DNA of 51,253 bases, filler included, from Anaerolineae bacterium (lineage in GTDB: Bacteria > Chloroflexota > Anaerolineae > Epilineales > Epilineaceae), in assembly GCA_029262755.1 (NCBI GenBank). It is 9 parts of 9 records of this genome, joined end to end, with 100 filler letters (N's around TTAATTAATTAA, not from the genome) between each part and the next. Parts side by side here need not be neighbours in the genome. Positions count along the whole stretch, not along the records: positions 19,159 to 25,911 come from JAJCYU010000420.1; positions 26,012 to 31,147 come from JAJCYU010000421.1; 7 more parts are not named here. One strand, 5' to 3'. The position numbers and the translations under genes were made by a program. Shown in pieces: positions 19,159 through 28,098 of this stretch. The stretch's first letter is position 1. Each line of letters starts with the position of its first letter. The notes under the pieces are model-generated. The model saw only the letters and a list, made by a program, of their open reading frames with translations, made no database searches and had not been told where the DNA came from.

Positions 19159-19653
19159 CATGATCGCGAACTGCAAGAGGTTCTCGGGCCGCACTTCCGC
19201 GTTGGCGCCGACGTCCAGCCAGGCGACCGGCCCCTTGGTGGACGGGAAGGGCAGCAGCAGCGCCGGACGGCTGACACCACGGATGCGGCCGAGCCCGAAC
19301 GTGGCTGCGGTCAGCGCGGCGCCGGTGTGGCCCGCGGTGACCATCGCATCGGCGAGGCCCTTGCGCACTTGATGCGCCGCCACCGAAAGCGAGTTGTCCT
19401 TGCGCGCCCGCACGGCTTCGGAGGGCGCCTTCTCGTCCATCGCGATGTGTTCCGTGGCGTGGATCACCTCGATGCCGAGCCCTGCGCCGCCGTGGCGAGC
19501 CAGCTCTGGTTCAACGAGTGCTCGATCGCCGACGAGCTGAACTTCGACGCCCAGCTCACGCACGGCGCGCACCGCACCCTCGACGATCGCGTCGGGAGCG
19601 CGGTCGCCTCCCATCGCATCGACGGCAACTCGCATGGCGGGCGATGATATCAC
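19159..19653 (-). CDS. plsX: Phosphate acyltransferase PlsX, 3'-partial
   Basis: RVAVDAMGGDRAP, AGHTGA, LGRIRGVSRPAL and LDVGANAE motifs. Confidence 0.95.
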
Positions 19654-19777
19654 ATGGCTTCGCGCGGAGGGGTAGACCGAGGATCGGGAGTGGACGAGGT
19701 GGCCGAAACGTCCATGGGGCCGCGTTCGTCTAGAATGGGGATTGGGATGCGGGGAACGCGTACGGGAGGCTGCACGG

Positions 19778-20317
19778 ATGCGGATTGGGTCGAAGTGGGG
19801 CGGCGCCGTGGTCGCTGCGTTGGTGCTGGCAGCCGGCGCAATCGCCCAGGGAGGCCATAGGTTCGGGTCGGCTGAGCGCGATCAACCGGTGCCCGATGTC
19901 GCGTTCGCGCAAGGCGGTACGCCGGTGTTGCCTACGCCGACGCCGCTCGTAGTTCCCGTGCTGACACCGAGCCCGCTGTATCTGCCGTTGACGCATCAGG
20001 AATACGATCCGCTGCTTCCCGGCCCCATCGAATCACGGGCCGAAGGCTATCTCACCTCGTTGACGGCGAGTGGGAAGCGCGCCTGCGCGCCGGCGACGCA
20101 TGTGTTGTTGCGTGATCCGGAGGGCAGTCGCGACAACGAAGCGCGCGCGGTGCTCAGCGCGGCCCGGAGTGATCCCGATCTCAACCTTGATCTCTACGTG
20201 GGAGAATACGTCGAGCTCACGGGCACGACCCACCTCACACCGCCGGATTGTGATGTGCTCACCTGGCGCCACATCGCGGTCGGCGCCATCCGGGAAAAAG
20301 AAGTCGGCCCCCGCTAG
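19778..20317 (+). CDS. Secreted hypothetical protein with a P/T linker and a YLP motif
   Basis: GGGAGG RBS, signal peptide, PTPTP...PLYLPL, two Cys residues. Confidence 0.65.
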   Translation: MRIGSKWGGAVVAALVLAAGAIAQGGHRFGSAERDQPVPDVAFAQGGTPVLPTPTPLVVPVLTPSPLYLPLTHQEYDPLLPGPIESRAEGYLTSLTASGKRACAPATHVLLRDPEGSRDNEARAVLSAARSDPDLNLDLYVGEYVELTGTTHLTPPDCDVLTWRHIAVGAIREKEVGPR

Positions 20318-20355
20318 GCGAGGACCATGGGTGGAGCTTGGCGTGAAGAAACGCC

Positions 20356-21480
20356 CTACTGGACGCGTAGGGCGGGATCCACGGGGAAGCGCAGCAGGAT
20401 GGAGATCGCAAAGTCGTTGTACATCGGGGCGGTCTCACGGACGACGGGAACCCACTTTGCGTCTTCCGGCAGATAGGTGCCTTCCGGGTAGAGCGTGTGC
20501 AGCAGCCCCGTGAGGTTGGTCAAGCTCTCCTCGTCCCACGCCACGTGCGGTAGCGGCCGATCGTCCATCGACAAGAATAGGCCGCCGTCCGCTACCTGCA
20601 TGCCGAGGCTCGAGATGCCCTCTTGCTCGATACGCTGGCGCATCTCCTCCGGCATCTTCAGCAGCGGGACCTCGTAGCCCAGTGGCTCCATCAAGGTGCG
20701 CAGGTCCAGGGTGCTGAACTCGAAGAGCGAGGGCACCCAGCCCCCTTCGTCCAACTCCCGGTACACGACCTCGACGTCCACGGTCTGCAGCGGCGGCCGC
20801 ACGGCCGCCGTGTCGCGCGCGACCTGGCGGAACACGCGGTTGGTCGGCAATGGCACGCGGTCCACCAATTCCTGGCCATCCGGACCCGTAGGCAACGGGA
20901 AGCGGATATCGACCCGCAGGTTCAGACCCTGCACGAGCGGCAGCGCATCCGAGACGGCCTTCAGCTGGTCTGCGCCGAGCAGCGCGAAGGACTCGCTGTC
21001 GTCCGTTTCGAAGCGGCGCAGCGCGAGCAGCATGTTCTCGAGGCGCTCCGCGTCCCAGGCCAAATGCGGCAGCGGGCTGCCGTTGACCATCACGTAGAGC
21101 CCGTCTTCCCGCGTGGTGACCGTGACGTGCTGAATGCCGGCGTCGCGGAACCACTCCACGTAGCTACGACCGCCGTCGTCCGCCGCGAAGAAGCGAATTC
21201 GACCGAAGAGCGGCGTGCCGTTCACGCGCTCCCACAGCCGGTCGAAATCGGCGGCTTCGAAGCCGTTGACCTTGGCGATGCGCCCGTCCTCCGCCACGTC
21301 CAACCGTACCGCGGGTAGCGCGACGGGCGACGAGGCGACCATGGCACGCAGTCGCGCCACGCCTCGATTGCCCTCGCCTTGCGCCGAAGCGGTCGACGAA
21401 CAGCCGGCCACGAACCCGGCACAGGCAAGGATTAGCACCGCAAACAAGGGTCTACATGCAGGCACGCCGAAGCGTTTCAT
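20356..21480 (-). CDS. Hypothetical lipoprotein with an internal duplicated domain
   Basis: VAGC lipobox; repeats GIQHV...DGLYVMVNGSPLPHLAWD and GISSL...GGLFLSMDDRPLPHVAWD. Confidence 0.7.
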   Translation of the reverse strand: MKRFGVPACRPLFAVLILACAGFVAGCSSTASAQGEGNRGVARLRAMVASSPVALPAVRLDVAEDGRIAKVNGFEAADFDRLWERVNGTPLFGRIRFFAADDGGRSYVEWFRDAGIQHVTVTTREDGLYVMVNGSPLPHLAWDAERLENMLLALRRFETDDSESFALLGADQLKAVSDALPLVQGLNLRVDIRFPLPTGPDGQELVDRVPLPTNRVFRQVARDTAAVRPPLQTVDVEVVYRELDEGGWVPSLFEFSTLDLRTLMEPLGYEVPLLKMPEEMRQRIEQEGISSLGMQVADGGLFLSMDDRPLPHVAWDEESLTNLTGLLHTLYPEGTYLPEDAKWVPVVRETAPMYNDFAISILLRFPVDPALRVQ

Positions 21481-21577
21481 CGAAGAACCGCACCTCGGGG
21501 GAGGACCGTCGGGTCACTTAACAATACTGTAACCCCATGGTAATCCTCGCCGCCTCCCACGTCAACCCTTTGGTGCC

Positions 21578-21586
21578 TGCTACAAT
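21578..21586 (+). promoter_or_regulatory. Extended -10 promoter (TGcTACAAT), probably giving a leaderless mutM mRNA
   Basis: The motif ends 8 nt before the ATG and there is no Shine-Dalgarno. Confidence 0.6.
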
Positions 21587-21594
21587 CGCTCGCT

Positions 21595-22416
21595 ATGCCG
21601 GAACTACCCGAAGTCGAGACCTACGTCCGCGATCTGGACCGCGTGTTGCCCGGTCGAACCCTACACGGCGCACGCGTCGGCTGGCCGAACCAGCTGCCGC
21701 GCAACGCCGCCGATGAGCTCGATACGCGCGTGCGGGGCCAGTCGATTCGCTCCGTCACGCGGCGCGGCAAGTACATCGTCATCGACCTGGACACGGACTG
21801 GCTGCTCATCCACCTGAAGATGAGCGGCAGGCTTCAGATCGCGGAGAAAGACGAAGAACCAAACCCCTACGCCCACGTCGTGTTCGCGCTCGACGGTGGC
21901 GCCGAGTTGCGCTTCCACGATCCGCGCAAATTCGGCCGCGTCTATCTTGTCGATGCGTTGGACGAGGTCGTGGGCCATCTCGGACCCGAGCCGCTCGATG
22001 CGAGCTTTAGCCTCCGCCTCTTCGCCGAACGCATCGCGGGGCGCCGCGGACGGCTCAAGCCGCTCCTGCTCAACCAGACATTCGTCGCGGGACTGGGCAA
22101 CATCTACGTCGACGAGGCTCTCTGGCAGGCCGAACTGCATCCCCTCCGCACCGCCGACGGGCTCAGCGAGGACGAGATCGCCCAATTGCACGCAGCTATC
22201 GTCGCGGTGCTCACCAAGGCCGTTCGGCTGCGCGGCACGAGCTTCTCGCAGGCCGGATACCGCGACCTGACGGGCAACACGGGCGAGATGCAGGGCACGC
22301 TGAACGTATTCCGCCGCACGGGCGAGCCCTGCCCGCGCTGCAGCGCTCCGATCGAGCGCAGCGTCGTGGCCATGCGGGGCACGCACACGTGCCCACGGTG
22401 CCAGCGGCCAAGCTAG
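21595..22416 (+). CDS. mutM: Formamidopyrimidine-DNA glycosylase (Fpg)
   Basis: MPELPEVE, HLKMSG, DPRKFG and GLGNIYVDE motifs; C-terminal CPRC...CPRCQ zinc finger. Confidence 0.97.
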   Translation: MPELPEVETYVRDLDRVLPGRTLHGARVGWPNQLPRNAADELDTRVRGQSIRSVTRRGKYIVIDLDTDWLLIHLKMSGRLQIAEKDEEPNPYAHVVFALDGGAELRFHDPRKFGRVYLVDALDEVVGHLGPEPLDASFSLRLFAERIAGRRGRLKPLLLNQTFVAGLGNIYVDEALWQAELHPLRTADGLSEDEIAQLHAAIVAVLTKAVRLRGTSFSQAGYRDLTGNTGEMQGTLNVFRRTGEPCPRCSAPIERSVVAMRGTHTCPRCQRPS

Positions 22417-22498
22417 GGCATGGCGCACCCCGCTCGCGCCGCCGACCCCCCTTGAACGCGAGCCGCATTGCCGTGCGATCGAACGCAGATCATCGCGC

Positions 22499-25375
22499 CT
22501 ACGGACACGCGCGCACCCGCCCCGCCACCTGCCGGTAGATCGCGGCGAGGTCCTCCGCATCGGGCGCGAAGGCGTAGTCGCGCGGACTGCTGGCCGCCTC
22601 CTCGAGCAGGCGGCGCAGCACGTCGTCCGGCAAACCGAGGCCGATGGTGAACACGCGCGCGCCGGCCCGCTTGGCCGCCGTCGCCGCGGCCAAGACCGTG
22701 CACTCCTGGTTCGGGCAGTCGGGGCTGGTGGAACCCGGGCCGAAGGGCACGCGGTTGGGCAGACCGTCGGTCAGCAGCACCAACACCGGACGGTTCGCGG
22801 GCAAGCGCCAGGAGTCGTTCCATGCCACGATGCCTTGCTGCAGCGCCAGGTCGAGGCGCGTGCCTTCCGCGCTCTTGGCCGGCAGCGCGTCCAGCGCCTG
22901 GTCGATGCGTGCCCGATCGTCGCTGAGCGTTAGCTCCGTCCAGGCCGTGTTGTTGAAACCCACGATCGCCAGCCGGTCCTGCCGCCCATAGCCGTCGCGT
23001 TCCAGGGAAAGGCTGTCGGCGAACGTTCCCGCCGCCTCGAGCGCGGCGGCGAGCTTGGTGCGTCCCGCTCGGGTCGTGCGTTGCATGGACGTCGAGGTGT
23101 CGAGCACGAGGATCACATCCGCGTGTTGGTACTCCGGCACGCAGGGCGTGGGCGGTGGCACGTTCTTGCGGCCGCAGAAGGTGAAGGTGTCGAGGATGAT
23201 CTGGTAGATCCCGGCCAGATCCTCCGGTCGCGGCGCGTAGTAGTACTGGTAGCGCTCGGACACGACCTGCAGCATCAACAGCGGGTGGATGTCGTTCGGC
23301 CGACCGAGCGCGATCGCGTAGAGGTTCGTGCCCTTGGCCTTCACTCCATCGGCCGCGGCTTGCACGGTGCACTCCTGGCTCGAACACGCAGGCTGGGTCG
23401 AATCCGGGCCGAAGGGCACGCGGTTGGGCAGACCGTCCGTCAACAGCACCACGATCGCGTCGTTGGCCAACTCCCGCTCCGGCCCGTCGAGCGGCTTGCG
23501 GCCCTCCAGGATGGCCAAGTCCAGGCGTGTACCCTCCTGGGTCTTCGTGCGGATCGTCTCGAGCGCGTTCTCGGCCGCCGCGCGGTCGTTGGTGAGCGGG
23601 ACTTCGATCCACGCGTCGTCGTTGAAGCCGACGATACTCACCTGATCGTGGCGCAAGTACGGATCGTTCGGGTCCGGCTCCAACGCGAGCGTGTCCACGA
23701 ACGTGCGCGCCGCCGCAATGGCGGCCTCGTTCTTCTGCTCCCCGCCCGGCTCTACGGAGCGCAGCATCGAGGTTGAGCGGTCGAGCACGAGCACGACATC
23801 GACGAAGCGCTTCTCGGGAATGCACTCGTTCTCACCGTAGGGCAGATAGATGACGTACGGCGTGGGCGTATGTGTGGCAGTGGGCGTAACCGTGGGGATC
23901 TGCGTTGCCGTGGGCGTCGCGGTCGCCTGCACCGTAGCGGTTGCCGTCGGGGTCGGCGTCGGCTGCTCCTCGCCGCACAGCAGCTCCGCGTCGCCGAGGC
24001 CGTTCGCCTTGCCGAAGCTCGGCCGCCCCGCCGGCGCAACGTAGAGCGATTCGCGCCCGACGTCGGCGCCGGTGTCCAGATCAAACCAGATCGCCCCCCC
24101 GCTGTGATAGGTCAGCGGCGACACAACGGTGTTGATCACCCGGTTGAGCGTCCGGACGCGCGCGAGGCCGCCAAAGCCCGTATCGACATGGAAGCCACCC
24201 GACGCCCTGTGCCCGCCCCCCGCATCCTGGTTGAAGAACTCCGGCCACGGCTCGATGGTGAACTGACCCGCATTCTCCTCGTCCGGCCGGGCGATCAGAA
24301 TGTCCCCAAACGGATGCCCGCTCGTCTCGCCGCGCGGCAAGTTCCGGTTGCGGTCATAGAGCATCATGTCGCCGATGCGATCCCGAAATCCGAGGATCAG
24401 ATCACCACCGTCCGAGAGTTCCAAGTCGGCGAGAATCGGCTGCGGGTGGATCATCGCATGATCGTGTGTCCCACGCGGCGCCACGGTCCGCGGCCCGTCG
24501 CGCCACGGCTGCCACGTAGCCGAAATGTTGGGCGGGATGCGCTGTCGAACGTAGTTGAGCCGGAACACAAGCACGGGCCGCATACCGCCGCCGTCCAAGG
24601 CGCTCGCGTACACGTACGCCCACACATCGGTCTCCCGCCGCGACGACGACCCGTCGCGCACAACCCCGTGATACAACGTGTCCTCGTGCACGAGCAGCGC
24701 AAAGGGACGCGCTTCCCGATCAGCCCAAGGCAGAGCAACCGCCCCGTGCTCGAGCGGCGCCAACCGCTCCCCCGTCGTGGTCCGATATCGCTCGATCCGC
24801 CGCGCTGCCAGATTCATCACGAACAGAATCTCACCGTCCGCGCTCAGATCGATATCGCCCAGGCTCGTCTTGCCGACATGGTCCCGCGCGAAGCGATCGG
24901 GAATGTAGTTCTGCGTGTCGTCATGCAGATCATCGCCCGCATCCGGAACGGTCACCCAGGTCCCGACATCCCCCGTTGCAAGATCGACCCGGTACACCGC
25001 TCCCGGCCCCCCCGGCCCATGCGGCGCAGCCCGCTTGTGATAGGCCGCCGCGTAGAGATGCCGCCGCGGCGAATCGTAGGCGACCCCATAGGTCGCCCCG
25101 ACCTCCCCATAATCGGCCAATACGTAATGCTCACTGTCATCCGGCGTGTCATGAAATGCCACAAGCGCCGGCTCGACCGCCCGCTCCCCCAACGCATAAC
25201 AGGGCGTGACAAAAAACGGATTCGGCGAATCACAAGCCGCATCGATCTCCGCCAAAGGCGCCGGATCGGCTGCCGAAGCCCGCCCCCCCACCCCCCAAAT
25301 ACCACTCGCAACGGCCGCAACCGCCCCCAACACCCCTAAACCAACCACTACACCCGACATCCGCCCCATATCCAT
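22499..25375 (-). CDS. Secreted protein with an N-terminal propeller-like region, a P/T linker and two tandem VWA domains
   Basis: Two MIDAS sets (DRSTSM and DTSTSM, EGTRLDLA, LLTDGLPN), each with a C-x3-EC loop; signal peptide. Confidence 0.88.
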   Translation of the reverse strand: MDMGRMSGVVVGLGVLGAVAAVASGIWGVGGRASAADPAPLAEIDAACDSPNPFFVTPCYALGERAVEPALVAFHDTPDDSEHYVLADYGEVGATYGVAYDSPRRHLYAAAYHKRAAPHGPGGPGAVYRVDLATGDVGTWVTVPDAGDDLHDDTQNYIPDRFARDHVGKTSLGDIDLSADGEILFVMNLAARRIERYRTTTGERLAPLEHGAVALPWADREARPFALLVHEDTLYHGVVRDGSSSRRETDVWAYVYASALDGGGMRPVLVFRLNYVRQRIPPNISATWQPWRDGPRTVAPRGTHDHAMIHPQPILADLELSDGGDLILGFRDRIGDMMLYDRNRNLPRGETSGHPFGDILIARPDEENAGQFTIEPWPEFFNQDAGGGHRASGGFHVDTGFGGLARVRTLNRVINTVVSPLTYHSGGAIWFDLDTGADVGRESLYVAPAGRPSFGKANGLGDAELLCGEEQPTPTPTATATVQATATPTATQIPTVTPTATHTPTPYVIYLPYGENECIPEKRFVDVVLVLDRSTSMLRSVEPGGEQKNEAAIAAARTFVDTLALEPDPNDPYLRHDQVSIVGFNDDAWIEVPLTNDRAAAENALETIRTKTQEGTRLDLAILEGRKPLDGPERELANDAIVVLLTDGLPNRVPFGPDSTQPACSSQECTVQAAADGVKAKGTNLYAIALGRPNDIHPLLMLQVVSERYQYYYAPRPEDLAGIYQIILDTFTFCGRKNVPPPTPCVPEYQHADVILVLDTSTSMQRTTRAGRTKLAAALEAAGTFADSLSLERDGYGRQDRLAIVGFNNTAWTELTLSDDRARIDQALDALPAKSAEGTRLDLALQQGIVAWNDSWRLPANRPVLVLLTDGLPNRVPFGPGSTSPDCPNQECTVLAAATAAKRAGARVFTIGLGLPDDVLRRLLEEAASSPRDYAFAPDAEDLAAIYRQVAGRVRACP

Positions 25376-25441
25376 GCGCTCACTCCCCCGTCGATCCGAT
25401 TCGCCGCGAGCCTACCACGCCCCCGGACACCAAACCAGACC

Positions 25442-25583
25442 CATACATGCTTCGCAATACGGTGCACATACATGCTTCGCAAAAGGGTGCACCGCCCAAA
25501 CACGGCAATCCGATCCACATACATGCTTCGCAATACGGTGCACATACATGCTTCGCAACTCGACTCCCGGGCATGCTTCGCAA
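25442..25583. repeat. Phased direct-repeat array with core CATGCTTCGCAA x5 (four copies extended to CATACATGCTTCGCAA)
   Basis: Cores start at 25446, 25471, 25522, 25547 and 25572, giving spacings of 25, 51, 25 and 25. Confidence 0.9.
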
Positions 25584-25677
25584 CTCGAACTACGTGTCCC
25601 AGAAAGAGGGTCCACCGGCCCACGGCGCCGTAGCGAGCCCGAGGACCTGGCGTCGTGGCCCGCGGCGGGTCGGCGAA

Positions 25678-25911
25678 GGCGTAGCAGCGCTACGTCGAGT
25701 CGTCCCGATGTGGGCCACGGCGTCTGGGACCGGGCGCAGTAGGCGCCGGGGGGCGGGGGACCCTCCCGCCTGTTAACCCCGGCGTAGCAGCGCTACGTCG
25801 AGTCCGTCCCGGGGCGGGCCACGGCGTCAGGGACCGGGCGCAGTAGGCGACGGGGGCTGGGGGACCCTCCCGCCTGTTTACAATAGGGCGCAGTAGGCGA
25901 CGGGGGCTGGG
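25678..25911. repeat. Tandem ~103-bp REP-like palindromic elements (two copies plus a partial third)
   Basis: Units start at 25678 and 25781; internal hairpins ggcgtagc-a-gcgctacgtc and ggcggggg-ac-cctcccgcc; the contig ends inside the repeat. Confidence 0.85.
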
Positions 25912-26011
25912 NNNNNNNNNNNNNNNNNNNNNNNNNNNNNNNNNNNNNNNNNNNNTTAATTAATTAANNNNNNNNNNNNNNNNNNNNNNNNNNNNNNNNN
26001 NNNNNNNNNNN

Positions 26012-26367
26012 AAGGCGGTGAAGGGGTTGCCGATGTCCACGACCCGGCCTTCGCGCTTCAACCAGCCGCCGAAGGCGCGCAGCTCGCTCACGCGGCGCCG
26101 GATCGAGGCCGGTACGTAGCCGGCCTCGTGCAACGTAGCCAGGTAGTGCCGCAGCCGAGATCGGTCAACGTCGGCCCAAGAACGTACGCCATCCGCGCGG
26201 AGCATGTCCAGCGCTTCCGTGATCTCGGCGCGGTAGTTGCGCACCGTGTAGGCGGACGCATTACGCACGCCGCGCAGGTAATCGAGATAGCGCCGCAGGT
26301 CGTCCGCCATGACGTCCGAGGGGCGCACGGGCAGGTCGGCCGGGCGCGATGGGGGGAGCAAGGCCAT
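26012..26367 (-). CDS. Tyrosine recombinase XerC/XerD-type N-terminal SAM-like domain, 3'-partial
   Basis: YLDYLRGVRNASAYTVRNY...SIRRRVSELRAF...NPF; TACAAT ends 6 nt before the ATG. Confidence 0.85.
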
Positions 26368-26527
26368 GATGGCATTGTAGCGCGGGCTTCCTGCGCCTTC
26401 CAGCCACCGTCTTAAGGTTCGCGGCGTGCCGCAGGGCAAGAAGCTGCCGCTAGCCCGGCCGCAGCGTTAACAAGGCGGGCATTTAGCGGGCCCCACAGGC
26501 GCCGCCTCGCTCACCGCGTTCGCGACC

Positions 26528-27721
26528 CTACAAGCGCCCGGCCTCGCCTGCGTCCTGCAAGGCGCTCACGATGTGCTTGACATCCTGCGCACGATCTTTC
26601 GGCATAACGAGCACCACGTCGCCCGTGTCGACGACGATCAGATCGCGCAGGCCTACGCCGGCCACGAGGCGGCCCCCGCCCGGGAACACGAGGCAACCCT
26701 CGACGTCGTGCCCGATGAAGCGTCCGCCTGCCGTTTCCTCGCCCGCGTCGACGACCACGGTGGCCTGCTCGTTCGCCTGCCCGTCACGCGCTTCGGCCAG
26801 TGCCGCCCAAGAGCCGATGTCGTCCCAGTTGAACGCCGCCGGCACGCAGGCCACGTTGTCGCTCGGTTCGAGAATCCCGTAGTCCACGGTCGTTCGGTCG
26901 GGAATGCGCGACCACACGGCCGGCAAGCCGGCATCGAAGGCCTCCGCACCGCGGCCGGCCAGCGCACAGAGCTCGTCCATGACGGCCAAGGTGCCCGGCA
27001 GGTGGCGACCATACGCCGCCCAGATCGACTCAACGGTCCAGACGAACATTCCGCTGTTCCAGAGGAATCGACCGCTATCCACGTAGGTCTGGGCCGTCGC
27101 GACGTCCGGCTTCTCGACGAAACGGACGACCGAACACGCGGCGTCAACATCAAGCGAGCCTACGCCTACCCCTATCCCTGCCCCTGCGCTCGTACCTGCA
27201 CCATCGCCCACGCCTGGGCCCTCGTCGTCCAGCGGCGCACCGATCTCGACGTAGCCGAATCCCGTCGCGGGATGATCGGGGCGAATCCCGAAGGTCACGA
27301 GGTGCCCGGACGCCGCCGCGGCCGCCGCGCGCGCAAGCGCGGCCTGGAACGCCGCGACGGGCGCGATCACGTGGTCCGCGGTCAGCACGGCCATCGTGGC
27401 GGACGGATCGGCCGCGCGCACGAGGGCGGCGCCCAGCCCTACGGCCGCCGCGTTGCCGAGCGCCTCCGGCTCGCCGACGATCTGGGTCGGCGGCACTCCG
27501 GGCAACTGCGCACGCACGGCATCGACGTACTCCGCATTGGTGAGCACCCAGACGCGTTCCGGCGGCACGAGCCCTTCGAGGCGCGCCACCGTCTGCGCCA
27601 GCATCGATGCATCGCCGACCAGTGGTAGCAGCTGCTTAGGCCGCGCGCGTCGCGACCACGGCCACATGCGCGTGCCGCTGCCGCCGGCGAGGATCAGGGC
27701 ATGTAGGGAAGACGACGACAT
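26528..27721 (-). CDS. manC: Mannose-1-phosphate guanylyltransferase
   Basis: ILAGGSGTRMWPWSR...PKQ, TGFGYVE, FVEKPD, WNSGMF and WDDIGSW motifs. Confidence 0.92.
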   Translation of the reverse strand: MSSSSLHALILAGGSGTRMWPWSRRARPKQLLPLVGDASMLAQTVARLEGLVPPERVWVLTNAEYVDAVRAQLPGVPPTQIVGEPEALGNAAAVGLGAALVRAADPSATMAVLTADHVIAPVAAFQAALARAAAAAASGHLVTFGIRPDHPATGFGYVEIGAPLDDEGPGVGDGAGTSAGAGIGVGVGSLDVDAACSVVRFVEKPDVATAQTYVDSGRFLWNSGMFVWTVESIWAAYGRHLPGTLAVMDELCALAGRGAEAFDAGLPAVWSRIPDRTTVDYGILEPSDNVACVPAAFNWDDIGSWAALAEARDGQANEQATVVVDAGEETAGGRFIGHDVEGCLVFPGGGRLVAGVGLRDLIVVDTGDVVLVMPKDRAQDVKHIVSALQDAGEAGRL

Positions 27722-27895
27722 GGCGGCAGCTCCGTGGGCAGATCGTTCGGTAGACGGGGGGGCGGGCGCACATGTCAATGGTACCGCGAACCCGCACGGC
27801 CCCCGCATCGCGTGGGGCGTGACATACATGGTTCGGCGCGCAGGCGATCCACGACGCTGGAGGGGCATGGGGTGGGATCGACGCGGCGAACGAAT

Positions 27896-27930
27896 GCGAA
27901 CACGGTCGCGAACACGGTCGCGAACATGGC
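27896..27930. repeat. Short 12-bp tandem repeat (gcgaacacggtc) x~3 in a divergent intergenic region
   Basis: gcgaacacggtc gcgaacacggtc gcgaacatggc read directly. Confidence 0.7.
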
Positions 27931-28098
27931 GCGAGAATGCGCCAACGCAGGGCGATGCGGGCACCGTCCGTGGGTCGCGCGATCAGCGCTGAAGCATGGG
28001 ACATCGCACGGGTCCCATCCAAGAGTTGTTCGATTCCCGTGCCATACGGCTCGCGGCTGTTGGGTCCGGGCGATGGGCTCTCGCGTGTTGTGTTGGCC

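Noticed and set aside
25442..25583. Possible CRISPR array
   Set aside because: Repeats are only 12-16 bp, the intervening segments are mostly 9-13 bp and partly identical, and there are no cas genes.
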